A stretch of 64,000 nucleotides of DNA from Octopus sinensis (taxonomy: Eukaryota): contig NC_042997.1 in assembly GCF_006345805.1 (NCBI RefSeq), positions 29,760,001 through 29,824,000 of the forward strand, read 5' to 3'. The notes beneath the pieces are model-generated. The model saw only the letters and a program-made list of their open reading frames with translations. It was not told the DNA's origin and ran no database searches. Shown here in pieces: positions 52,468-64,000 of the stretch. The first letter of the stretch is position 1. Each line of letters starts with the position of its first letter. The position numbers were made by a program, and so were the translations under genes.

Positions 52468-53139
52468 ATGAATTGGGGTAAATGTTTTAAATTTTCACCT
52501 AATTTCTGAATTACTACTACTTGGCGGTGTGGAGTTAGGCTGCTCTTTCTGGTGGACGAATGACCTGTTAGGGTCACTCCTAAATTGTTATATATCTTTA
52601 TATATATAAAACTGAGAATGTGTGTCTGTCTGTCTGTGTGTTTCCCTAAAACTTGAGAACTACACAACCAATTTCATTCAAATTTTACACATGCCTTACT
52701 TAGGATCCATGTAGTTTCATGGGCAAAAAAATGTTCAACTTCTTGCCTAGAGCGAGCCCATAGCAATATCATATCTTCTCCACTATTTCAGTATTACGTG
52801 TTGAAAGTGAAACAAAAACATTTCTCTATTTTATGTCAGATACTTTCACTTTAACAATAAAAATAATAATAACAATTGAATTATATGTAGTAAGTAATAA
52901 TTAAAATCAAACTAAAGCATAATATAATCGTAACATAAACAATATAAAAATAGCAATTGGTATAAAATTGCATCAATGACTTGAACTTGAATAAGTGGTT
53001 TCACATGAATGGGAATAAATTTTTTTAAAAATTAGCGTGCAGAAATGGAATAGTCCAGATGGATAATAAAAAATTAAATTAAAGAAAAGACTATTGTCTA
53101 TAAAGTATACAATGTAGAGAAAAAAAGGTCGCGTTTTTT

Positions 53140-54803
53140 TGCGCTCTGTAAAATTCGGTTAAAAAAGAAAAAACAACAAAAAGTGAATTGTGGTTGCGGA
53201 ATTGGAACGTCGGTTGGTGCGGTTTCGCGTCGCACTGGTTCTGTGCGTCGCACGTTTTCTGTTCGGGAGGCCGTTTTTCGGTCTGAGGCGACTATGAGCC
53301 GCCTCTACCAAACGGATGAGATGGAAGGGAGAAATTTCTCTGAAAATTCGTCGACATCTGAGGAGGAGTTGGCGGTGAAAAAAATGGAAAGCACCTATGC
53401 AGGTATAACGAAGAAGTCAACAGAAAAAGAGATAGACCTGGCTAAGTTGACGGACTTCCAGGAGTTCATGAAGGAGGAGGAGAACGGAGAGGTTGAGCTG
53501 TTGCCTCTAGCAAGGCGCGGAGACTGGTTCCATCGTAGAACCATTAAATATAAAGTATTTATGAATGGAGGTAGAAAAATGGAAGTGATTAACATGGAAG
53601 CAATTGAAGAGGCTTTCAAACGGACAGGAGAAGAAATTGTGTACATGACAAAAGGATTAGAATATGGAACCATAACGGTACAATTTAAAAGTGAGAAAGC
53701 AGCCAGGAATATAGCAGCCAAGGTGGTGAGTACAGAAAAGTTTTACTTGTTCCCTCGTATTTGAATAGAAGGACCACCAGAATTAGGGTGGAAGGAATAC
53801 CTCCACACCTAGAGGGCGAATTAATAACGGCTGCGGTTATCAAAGGAAATGAAGATAAAGTGGACATCCTCCACGCCATTATGAAATATGAAGGCGTGAG
53901 AGGTGCCACACTAGTAATGAACATACAGACGGAGGCGGAAGTTATAGAAAAGCTTACGGACAGTATAAAAACTGGAAATATTATTATGAGAGTGTGGGTG
54001 GAGGGTAGGGCGCCCAGGTGCTACAAGTGTGGCATGAGGGGTCACATAAGAGCCTACTGCCCTCCACCACTAAAGGAAAAAGAAAAGGAAATCGTCGCGG
54101 AAGCCCCAAAAGAGGAAGAAACCAAAGAGTACCAAAGGGAAAAAGAAACGACAGAAGAAGAGGAGATGCAACAAGAGTGGGAAGAAGGAAGATAAAAGAG
54201 AAAAAGAAAGAAAAAGAAAAACTGTGCGAAGCCCCAACCCACCCCAACACCACCCGCACCCTCTGAATCCCACCCTTCCCCTGCAGACAGTGAACCCACC
54301 CGCTCCCCTCCAACAAGAAAACAAAAGAAAAATAACAATACAGACAGACAAGAGTTTGAAAACGAACCCAGGCCGAACATTTATATTGTGACTGAACAGA
54401 AAGAGGTTGAAAGGGTAATGGAGGAGTATGAATGGTATGAAATGGATGGGACTAGATATGCAGTGCTGGAAAAGAAGAATATAGATGAGTTGTGTTGAGG
54501 TGTGAAAGGGAGAATTGGGAGGTGAAAGATACAAGAATGAGCGATGAATTCGTGGAATATATGGAGGACAGTTTCGGAGTAAGAATGGATATGGATGGTC
54601 TTCGTATTGGGAATGAACATTCAGGTGACAGTGAAAACAAAAGGACAGGTAAGTGATGCTGGCGGAGGGGGCCGTTAGCATCGCTTTCATATTATCATTT
54701 TTTCATTTTCATTTGCTCATAAATTTAATCATATTGTTCTATGTCCCCCATGTTTTGTTATGTCCGCCATTCTTCGTAGCCCCTGGTGGGTAATAAAGAA
54801 ATA
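53140..54803 (+). mobile_element. ORF1-only (HAL1-like) non-autonomous Tx1/L1 relative
   Basis: ATG at 53294; frameshifted ORF1 with RRM-like region and zinc knuckle VEGRAPRCYKCGMRGHIRAYC; stop at 54654-54656; ~150-nt 3' UTR ending tagcccctggtgggtaataaagaaat; no ORF2. Confidence 0.75.
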
Positions 54804-55110
54804 ACATGGAGGAAAGCACCTTCGAAAAGTGTCTTGGTGCGACTATGAAAGAGGCGGTAAATTCGCCACAATAGAAGCAAGGTTCGAGTCAACGGAGCGT
54901 GCAAGGGAGTACTCGACTCGAACTTGCAAAGTGGAAATATTTTATTTTTACCTTTATATCTGGGACGTAGGACGTGCCGGATAAAAAATTTAAATGCCCC
55001 CCCCCCCCCGAAGTTGAGGTAGGCTGGATTGTAGCCACACTTCTATACAAGAGGGAGGACAAGATACAATTGATCGAAATTACAAGAGACGGGCTAACAA
55101 TTCCAGTCTG
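54804..55110 (+). mobile_element. Second, diverged ORF1 fragment of the same superfamily
   Basis: KFATIEARFESTERAREYSTRT...LYLGRRTCRIK...EVEVGWIVATLL..EDKIQLIE aligns by eye with ORF1 at 53640-53880 and 42780-42990. Confidence 0.62.
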
Positions 55111-55317
55111 TTATTTATTTTGAGTATTGCTATCACTAGCGATATCAAGATATCACTTTGTATTTTGTATTTTATCTGAAGATGTATATATATAGATGTA
55201 CATGTAATATGTACACATATATATACACATATATACATGCACTAGCACTATGACCCGGCAACGACGGATCTTTAATGCTAGTATATATATATATATATAC
55301 ACACACAGATATATATA

Positions 55318-55365
<48 letters not shown>

Positions 55366-55479
55366 GTGTACGTATGTATATATATCTCTCTCACTCTATA
55401 TATATATATTTATATATATATATAATATGTGCGTGTATGTATAGGACGGGTGTATCTTACCAAATCCAATTGAGCTATT

Positions 55480-55560
55480 ATAGAGGACATATACCGAAGG
55501 TGTTACGCTGTGGGACTGCACTCGGAACCATGTGCTTTGGAAACAAACTCCTTAACACAC
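55480..55560 (-). mobile_element. Degenerate SINE family A head
   Basis: gctgtgggactgcactcggaaccatgtg resembles the reverse complement of the 45333 head. Confidence 0.55.
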
Positions 55561-56921
55561 GCACTCATCTACAACTAAACAATATTGTTGAATATATTTT
55601 ATCGGTCAAATATTAAATCCGTGCAAAGCAATTCCTAGTAGATTAAAGCAAGTTTTGAAATCTGAGCGAAATTAATCTTCAGTGTTGTCAAACTCACCCA
55701 CGTGCATACCATCTGCCGAAGAGCAGATGAGTACATCTTCAAATGGATGCGTTAACGAAGTATTTCTGGCATATGGAGACTCGGCAAACGGTGATTATGC
55801 TAAAATCTCTTTTCCTAACTTTTTCATGTATATATAAGGACACATTTGATATATTTATTAATATGGAAAATGAATTATTGATAAAAGTGTGCAAAAGCTC
55901 TTTAATATAGCAATGTGTTTGAAGACTAATAGCCTCCCGTATAAAATCTGATAAATATCTTCGTAACTGCATATTTTAATGCAGGACTAATTAGCCGCTC
56001 CATACTATCAAGAACGATGTATATACAAAAATATCTGTGCGTCTTCATTGTGTGACTGTGTCTATGATGTGTACGGGTATGTCCATGTGTGTGAGGTTTC
56101 GACATGTGTATATGTGGCTACTAATGTGTGTGTGTGTGTGTGTGCGTGTGTGTGTTTGTGCGTGTGCATGTGTCAAATATATATACACACGATATATCTA
56201 TATATATATATGACATTTTTTAGCATGCATTCAAGACTGTGTTCGTTCTAGTGTGTTGTTGACGAGCTTTTCATAATTTCATTTAAAATTTATAAAATTT
56301 CAAGAAATTCTCGACCTCAACCAATGCCTCACTCTGAATTATAATGCCGTTATATTCCTGAGAATAATTATAATTGATAAAAAGTTCAACATCCGATTTG
56401 GAATTATTCAATGCTTTAACTTAAAAGATTTTATAGTTTATCTAATGTGTGCTCCATACGCTATTTATACTGACTATTGTTTCATTAATTTATTTACATC
56501 TTGTATGTTTATTTTTGAATTTGTTGAACAATGTTGTTATAAATATTGTTTCAGGTTGTTACAACGTTGTTCATTTCTGTATTACTTGAATAGCATTCGT
56601 ATGTTTCCAGTATCAAGGTGCATACAGCTTTCTGGTGGAATGATGTACAGTAGGATTTCAGGGAAATAATCTAGCTTTGATTTAGGTGAACCATGTTTTT
56701 TTCCTACGTTTTGAAAGTCTAACATTATGCAACATCACGAACTGCATTGCTTCTTATTCTGTTGAGTTCAATAATAAGTTATGCAAAAAGTACTCGATTA
56801 CATATAAAGTATATATTCAACCTGCTATAGTTTCTATATCCATAGTAAAAATGTTAAGGAACGTGCTTGTTACCATTGAAATATTTAGGTATCCATTCCG
56901 ATGTATGCATGCTATATATAT

Positions 56922-57152
56922 TTCTTTATTGCCCACAAGGGGCTAAACATAGAGGGGACAAACAAGGACAGACAAAGGGATTAAGTCGTTTACAGCGACC
57001 CCAGTGCGTAACTGGTACTTAATTTATCGACCCCGAAAGGATGAAAGGCAAAGTCGACCTCGGCGGAATTTGAACTCACAACGTAACGACAGGCGAAATA
57101 CGGCTACGCATTTCGCCCGGCGTGCTAACGTTTCTGCCAGCTCGCCGCCTTT
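56922..57152 (-). mobile_element. SINE family B with an 18-bp target-site duplication
   Basis: TSD tatgcatgctatatatat at 56904-56921 and 57153-57170; tail agccccttgtgggcaataaagaaa. Confidence 0.9.
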
Positions 57153-57484
57153 TATGCATGCTATATATATCCCTGCATACATTTCCATATGATTTTATCT
57201 AGTTATTGAGTATTTCAATGTACAGATGATTCTCCTTGGGAGATTATATGTTGAAGAGGATTATTTTCATTATACGCTATAAGAGTACAGTATATTATGT
57301 CAGATTAACACCCAGCCTCAATATACTGCAAATAAATTTTATTTGAGAATCTGCAACTATAACTGATGTGCTTACTTTGGTATTTATTTAAGCAGTGTTC
57401 TGACAATTTTGACAAGTTTTATCTTATTCGTATGTTAAATATTGAGGTCAAATTTCGACGCAAAGCAAGTAATTCCGGGGTAAG

Positions 57485-57630
57485 GTAAGTTTATTACATT
57501 GACGCCGGTGTTTATCTGGTACTTATTTTATCGACCTCAAGAAGATGAAAGACAAAACCAGCCTCGGCACGATTTCATCTCGGAATATAAAGACGAACTA
57601 AATACTGTTAAATATTTTGCCCGGCGATTT
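57485..57630 (-). mobile_element. Degenerate SINE family B fragment
   Basis: ggtacttattttatcgacc...gatgaaag.caaa matches the family B core. Confidence 0.55.
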
Positions 57631-58137
57631 GGAATACAGATTTCTATGTCTGTAATAAAAGGTGGTTTTCTCGTATCGCCTGTCCAATGGCCACTTTCAC
57701 GATATTGTACATGTTTCACACAGCTATCTTAATTTTCTTGTTGAACAAAAGTTTCTAGTATATAGAAGTGATTTTGACACCGCACTCACATTTATCAGGT
57801 GGTCATTAAAATTTATTGTTATTTTTGACACTAAGTATCTCTACAGGATGATAAAATAATTCGAGTCCGACCTTTCATATGTTTTGGATGCATTTTACAT
57901 AGAAAAGGATAAGTGGATAGAGACTAATGGACAGTAATGAATGGGATACATTTATTTTTTTTTCATTTCGAAATATAGCTAACTTTCGAATGTAATTTTA
58001 ATATATTCGTAGCCTTTATGCATTATTGATTGCTGAAAAGATGGTAACGTTTAATACCAAGTGATTTTTCGATGCACTTTGTTTCTATTTGGTGAATTTT
58101 TCGCGATAAGATTTGCATGACCTGTAGAGTTATATTA

Positions 58138-58562
58138 TACTCTTTTACTCTTTTACTTGTTTCAGTTATTTGACTGTGGTTATTCTGGAGCACCTCCTTT
58201 AGTCGAGCAAATAGACTCCGGGACTTATTCTTTGTAAGCCTAGTACTTGTTCTATCGGTCTCTTGCCGAACCGCTACGTTACGGAGACGTAAACACACCA
58301 CCATCGGTTGTCAAGCGATGTTGGGAGGGCAAACATAGACATACAAACAACAAAGACAGACACACACATACATACATACATACATACATACATACATTCG
58401 ACGTGCTTCTTCCAATTTCCGTCTACCAAATCCACTCACAAGGCTTTCTTCGGCCCGAGGCTATAGTAGAAGACACTTGCCCAAGTTGCCACACAGTGGG
58501 ACTGAACCCGGAACCATGTGATTGGTAAGAAAGATACTTACCACACAGCCACTCCTACGCCT
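58138..58562 (-). mobile_element. Full-length SINE family A
   Basis: Reverse-complement homolog of 45333-45748 including the (AAAGAGT)n tail. Confidence 0.9.
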
Positions 58563-58846
58563 ATGTCATGTTCATTTTCTCTGAAGTTCCGATGTAAATT
58601 GTGCGGTTTTTGTGGCTTCGTCGTATAATTTTTTTATGTCAATGAAAATGGAACTCTTTTCATTGAAACAAGCTATATTTAATATACTATTTAATAGTTT
58701 CCTGTATACCTATTCGATCTTTATAATTGGCTTGAAACAATAGGGTTCCTAAATCTCATAATCCACTTAAATTTGGTAAATTTTTCGACCTGACCATTTG
58801 AATGAAATAACTGCGTTTTGCATTGAGTAGCAAAGTATGATACAAA

Positions 58847-60076
58847 TATTACGTCGTCAAGTATATAATTTGTAGTAAGGTATGAGGTAAACTTTGACAG
58901 CTGCTCATTTTGCGCCATGATTATATTTTGACTTTATTTTTTGTTAGAAAGCTGACACATTTATTTCTTAATTCTAACTCATTTTGCGCTTTATATAAAT
59001 TTATGAATCGTCTTTTGTTGGGTTCGAGATGGATAAGTCGGAAATTCGTACAGTTTTGAATTGTGAATTCTTTCTTGGAAATACAGTATCACAGAGAGCT
59101 CGGAATATTAATGGAATATTTCATTCTAATGCTATTACACTCACAAGGTAAGTATCAAATTGGTTTGCAAAGTTTCGTTCTGGTAAATTTGACCTCAGAA
59201 ATGAGCAACACGGTCGACCTGAAACAAAGGTGGATAATAACGAACTGAAAGCCACCGTCGAGTCAGATCCATCTCAAAGTGCACGTGAATCATCGTTGTT
59301 GTTTGGTATTAGCAAACAAACAATATTAGCGGACCTAGTTCAAATCGGTAATGTGAAAAAGTTGGATAAGTGGGTTTCACATGAACTCAATGAAAATCAG
59401 GAACAGCAGCGTTTGGAAGCCTTCATTATGCTACTTTCTCGTCACAGAAAATGAATTATTTTTGAATTGCATTGTAACATGTGATGCAAAATGAATCCTA
59501 CATAACAGCCGTAAACGTTCAGCACAATGGTTGAACAAAGACGAGCCATCGAATCACAGTCCGAAAAACAAAATTCATCAACAGAAGCCGATGTGTGCTT
59601 GGTGGTCTGGCGCAGGTGTGATCCATTATGACGACTGGACCAAATGATGCAGAAACTTAGAAAAAACAGTCTAGATTAGTCAACAGATCCACTCCTATTT
59701 CATTGCAAGACAACGCTAGACATCACATTGCAAAAATGACATTAGTAAAACTACAGGAGTTGGAGTTGGAAGTTCTCCCTCTTCCACCATATCTGATCTT
59801 GCCCCCACTGACTACCACTTCTTCCAGAATTTGGATAACTTTTTAATAGAAAAAATGATTTAATTCCGACGATGCTGTAAAACAGGTCTTCCAAGATTTT
59901 ATTGACTCTATATTGCCAGGCTTCTACAGATCCTGGAAAGCCACCGCTGAAATGGTAAAAGTGTATTGACAATACGGGTGCATACTTTGATGAATGAAAC
60001 TATTCCTTGTATTTATAAAACATTAGTAAACGTTTTTTTTTTCTTTTCTACAAATTTCATACTTGACGATCTAATA
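58847..60076 (+). mobile_element. Full-length mariner (DD34D) fossil with both TIRs and TA TSDs
   Basis: TIRs tattacgtcgtcaagtat (58847) and atacttgacgatctaata (ending 60076); MDKSEIRTVL, GRPETKVDNNELK, WVSHEL, TCDAK, QDNARHH, DLAPTDYHFF; multiple stops. Confidence 0.92.
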
Positions 60077-60857
60077 CTTTTTTTAATTGGCAAAATATTC
60101 AATATCAGGAGTAAAACTTTCATCAACATAAGCGTGGGAAATTTCATGATTAGTGTAATTTACATGTAAAGCACCGAGTTATTCTTTTTTCCCAAGAATT
60201 CCACATGAAATATCAATGCTGACAACCAATGCCGTTTTTCATAAATCTGTTTATGACAGATTGGGTCAAACTGTTTATAACCTCTATATTTGTACTAAAA
60301 ATTGCATATTGTGTATGATATTTGAAGCAATTTCTATTTGATGTTGATAAACAACATTTCATGCTGTATATATTGTAATTTATTCTAATACAATTTTAGA
60401 ATAGATTGCCTCTGTTATATGAGAAATTTTCGTAACTTAGTCAACCGGTCAGGGACTCGTATGAACTTCAATATTATATACCATATTTGTGGCTTATGTA
60501 TATATAATCAGAGAGTTGGATCTCTTATGTCAGTATGCTTGAATTAGCACTTCTCTTGATGCATGCTATGGACTAAAGAAGCATAAATGCCATACATAAC
60601 ATCACAATGTTTGATTTGCCCAAGAGTTTCCTAATGTAGAACATTTTTATAGGAAAAGAATTTACAGCCTCAGTCCCTCTCAACACTCTCAATATCACTT
60701 TCTTTTTCTGACTCCACATGACAGCTTGGCAGGCCGAAACTTCGAAGTCATTGTTATTGCTATTCTTGTTAAAGAAAGATAAATTTGCACTCTTCAGTTT
60801 ATTGTAAAACTTATTTTATCATACCATAAAAACAAAAATAAAATTTAGATAGATATA

Positions 60858-60931
<74 letters not shown>

Positions 60932-61002
60932 GAGAGAGGTGTATATACGTGTGTTTGGGTGTCTCTATCTACGCAAACACACTCACACACACACACATAT
61001 AT

Positions 61003-61510
61003 ATGGTGCGCTTGATAAATTGTCAGAATTACGCAAAAATGAAAATAGCGCTGACATCTCATTTTAACAGATATATGTACTATTAAAATATTTTGAAGTA
61101 CTAAAGAGGAAATGTATTCAATAAAATCGCCATTGCCTTCAACCACGGCCTCCAGACGACTTTGGAATATTTTGTAGCTCCTCTGGATAGTCTCTTTGTT
61201 TAAGTTGTTGAATGCTACAATTCAGTTCATCTTCGCCACACACATAATAATCAAGAGGGTTGCAATCTGGGGGGGGGGGTTAGGTGGCCAGATGTTAGGG
61301 GTAATGTAGTTGCAGAAATTGTCTGGGTTCTCCTGATTGTGTAGTATGGTGCACATAGGGTCTTCCAGCAGAACTATCTCCGTGTTGAGACTGAAGCCTT
61401 GTGGGAAGAGGAAAGGAAGAATAACGTCGCCATCACTAGTGATCACTCCAAACACCATGATGTTGACAGGATGTTTGATTTTTTTGTTGTTATCACTGTT
61501 TACATTGTTG
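61003..61510 (-). mobile_element. maT (DD37D)-like Tc1/mariner 3' fragment with TIR
   Basis: KHPVNIMVFGVITSDGDV, ITPNIWPPN, RLEAVVEGNGDFIE; TIR-like tatatggtgcgcttgataaattgtca. Confidence 0.8.
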
Positions 61511-61614
61511 TTAAAACAACGTTTCATCAGGTGTATTGGGGAAATTTCAAACCTGATTTCTCATTCTTAAGGTATTTTTCGATGTTGTTGTTGTTGTTGT
61601 TGTTATTATTGTCA

Positions 61615-61645
<31 letters not shown>

Positions 61646-61649
61646 TATT

Positions 61650-61715
61650 ACTCGGAATCTTGAGTTAGTAGCCCACGCTCTTAACCACTACGCCATATGC
61701 CCGTGGGCAAGTATG
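61650..61715 (-). mobile_element. Short tRNA-derived SINE head running into (AAT)n
   Basis: Minus strand gggcatatggcgtagtggttaagagcgtgggctactaactcaagattccgag with an A-box; no full cloverleaf. Confidence 0.65.
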
Positions 61716-62004
61716 TAGTGAATTTTAAGGCTTATAAATCTAATATTTCTTTATCGTTCCTTAATACCGGTTCCCATTTGTTATTCATATCTGCCCTCTA
61801 TCATCTTAGGACGTTGCTGTGTCCTAAAATATGTGCTACTTCTTTTAGTTTTCCTATTTTCCAGTGGTGTTTTATTTTTGTTATTGGTGACGTCCTGTAC
61901 ACACATATAAATGTATATGTGTATGTATGTGCATGTGTGTGAGTAGGTATGTGTAGATGTGTGTTGTGCCTGTGCGTGTGCGTGCACGCGCGTGCGTATG
62001 TGAG

Positions 62005-62215
62005 TGTCTTTGTGCTTGTTTCTCCCTCATCGCTTGACAACGAATGCTGGTGTGTTTACGTCCTCGCGAACTAGCGGTTCGGCAAAAAGACCGATATAAT
62101 AAGTGCTAGTCTTTAAAGTGAGGCCTGGGATCGAATTGTTTGATAGAAACACGTGAATGCGGTGCTGTAGTATGGCCATAGTCAAATTACTAAAATAAGT
62201 AAAAGCAAGTAATAA
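62005..62215 (+). mobile_element. SINE family A 3' half
   Basis: cgcttgacaacgaatgctggtgtgtttacgtcc...gcggttcggcaaaaagaccgata matches 45560-45720. Confidence 0.75.
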
Positions 62216-62499
62216 AATTCAATTTCTTGGGCTACTTTTCGATTTTTTTTATCTATTTAAAGCATATGCACGCGGAAATGTTTGAATATACAACAAAATA
62301 TCGATAATATTGATGGGAAACGAATCCGTCCTTTTTGCAAATAGAAAAATTTGGGAGGATCAAACCAGTACCAAACACTTCTATTGTGCACGTCAATCCC
62401 GTTGAATATTATTTCTAATAATGTCAAATATTGTATGCACGAATTTTATCATAATATCGGTATCGGATTGCCATTGACATATTCCTGTACAAAGTAAAA

Positions 62500-63220
62500 G
62501 TATTCATCCTGGATTCCTAGGTTGTCAGCGGGTATTTATAAATCGTGGAAAATAACGAAGATTGGTATTGCATTGCGCAACACCTGATCTATAAATCATG
62601 CAAGTACGGAATCAACAACAAATCGATATTTTGTTCTTGTGTTTTTCTCGTTCTTTGCGGGATATTAGACTATCTTTGTATATCGAAATTACAAAAATAA
62701 CAAACGGCACCAAACACATCCTGTCTTCCCTCAGAAGAAATCATTTTCTATTGTGAGATAAAATATAAAATATTTAGAAAACAATAGTTTTATATTACTA
62801 TCTCTATTGGGAGTGAAACGTTTGGAAGATGCACTCGCAGATTATTGATTCAAATGGTAGTTGTAACAACATCCTTACATGTAAATTCTTTTGGGCTGTC
62901 TTCAAATTATTTTCTAACAATTTAACCAATATGAAGAATGACTTTGCCGAATTACCATATTGTCAAAAAATATAGAACACAACATAAATGACACCCTCTT
63001 ATTTGTGTGATAGACAATTTTATTTCACAGCTATGAAGTTTTACTTTCAAGCCTACTCCAGGACACGTTTGGTATCTCATAGCTTTTTGAAATTTGAAGT
63101 ATATATTCTGATAATCATCAGCTGTCTCTTGATACCTGTCGAGGGAACCGTTTTCTCTTATACGGTAGATGTAATCCATGATATTTACTTCTTCCATTAC
63201 TTCAAACGAGTTCACTCATA
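62500..63220 (-). mobile_element. Possible very old LINE RT relic
   Basis: Weak motifs IYFKFQKA and ITQIRGCHL, resembling YLDFQKAFD and GVxQGxVL. Confidence 0.33.
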
Positions 63221-63510
63221 AGAATTCGGATCTGGTTTTGTGTTTGAGCGTACGCTTCTCCCTTCTCCCATCCTATGAAAACAACCATAAACACAAAACT
63301 AGCATCTCGACTGCGCCATTTAATATATGTCTTTACGAATTATAGAAGTAAGCTTTACACATCTTTCAATAAATGCTTTTATCAATATCATTATTATATT
63401 CCCACAATCGAGCTGATATAGCCACCAAGTAAAATAACAAAATCTACCCCAGTCCCTTTCAAAAAATATATATATATATATATATATATATAAACACACA
63501 CACACACACA

Positions 63511-63625
<115 letters not shown>

Positions 63626-64000
63626 GAAGGGGATTGTCAGGTGGGGATGATATCTATAAAACCTGGAGTGTCGCTACGCAAATTAAATCAGTAGCTGATA
63701 ATATAGTTTCTGCAACATCATCTATAGTGCTTGATTAAATTCTAGAAAAGATCTGAGACATGTGGATGCACTCAGAAAATGTTATATAAATGATGAAATA
63801 GACAGCAATTATTTAAGAAACAAAGATACCCATGTTTCTCAATGGTCTAAAAGGATTTCGTGTATCATATTATATGACTTTGCAAAATCCGTGCACAAAA
63901 CAAGCCGAGTGTGAACATATAGAGTTAAAACATTTTTGCTCATGAATATACAGCTACCTAATTACGTTGATATACATACACACAAACATACATATATGCG

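Larger units (their letters stand above)
51109..52589. mobile_element. Hammerhead-bearing non-coding array of ~471-bp units (retrozyme or PLE-pLTR-like), two inverted arms, 16-bp TSD
   Basis: Units start at 51107 and 51578 (partial to 51728); inverted units at 51727-52198 and 52199-52589; direct repeat atatatctttatatat at 51093-51108 and 52590-52605. Confidence 0.85.
52595..55281 (+). mobile_element. Non-autonomous Helitron-like element ends (pairing of the two ends is inferred)
   Basis: A|TCTTTATATATATAAAACTGAGAATGTGTGTCTGTCTG at 52595; cccggcaacgacgg...CTAG|T at 55254-55282. Confidence 0.52.

Noticed and set aside
51109-52589. Repeat array considered as CRISPR or satellite DNA
   Set aside because: Units are ~471 bp with no unique spacers and the context is eukaryotic; the TSD and ribozyme motifs point to a retroelement
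62988-63221. Hydrophobic 77-aa ORF as a membrane receptor exon
   Set aside because: No family motif or convincing splice signals; the opposite strand has weak RT-like remnants

Overview
AT-rich eukaryotic genomic DNA packed with microsatellites and transposable elements. The repeat make-up suggests a coleoid cephalopod such as Octopus, but this is inference and was not database-checked. I could not support any host protein-coding exon, rRNA, true tRNA or CRISPR array. The window holds: two tandem Tx1/L1-clade LINEs sitting in (GATA)n, one near full length with a 1134-aa open APE-RT ORF2; an ORF1-only (HAL1-like) relative; at least five R4/Dong-like REL-endonuclease fragments, mostly tied to (AAT)n; many Penelope-like (GIY-YIG) fragments tied to (TA)n; CR1/L2-like and RTE pieces; mariner, maT and other Tc1/mariner fossils; a Gypsy relic whose RT/RNaseH region is replaced by coiled-coil-like sequence; Helitron-like ends; and many SINEs. 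The most notable signal is a young, non-coding array of ~471-bp units at 51109-52589, flanked by a 16-bp target-site duplication. It carries three type I hammerhead ribozyme motifs (one minus, two plus), which makes it a retrozyme-like element predicted to release a 471-nt monomer RNA. The second notable signal is a 3'-terminal stem-loop plus AATAAAGAAA motif shared by the Tx1 LINEs, the ORF1-only element and a SINE family. Most coordinates for degraded elements are approximate.
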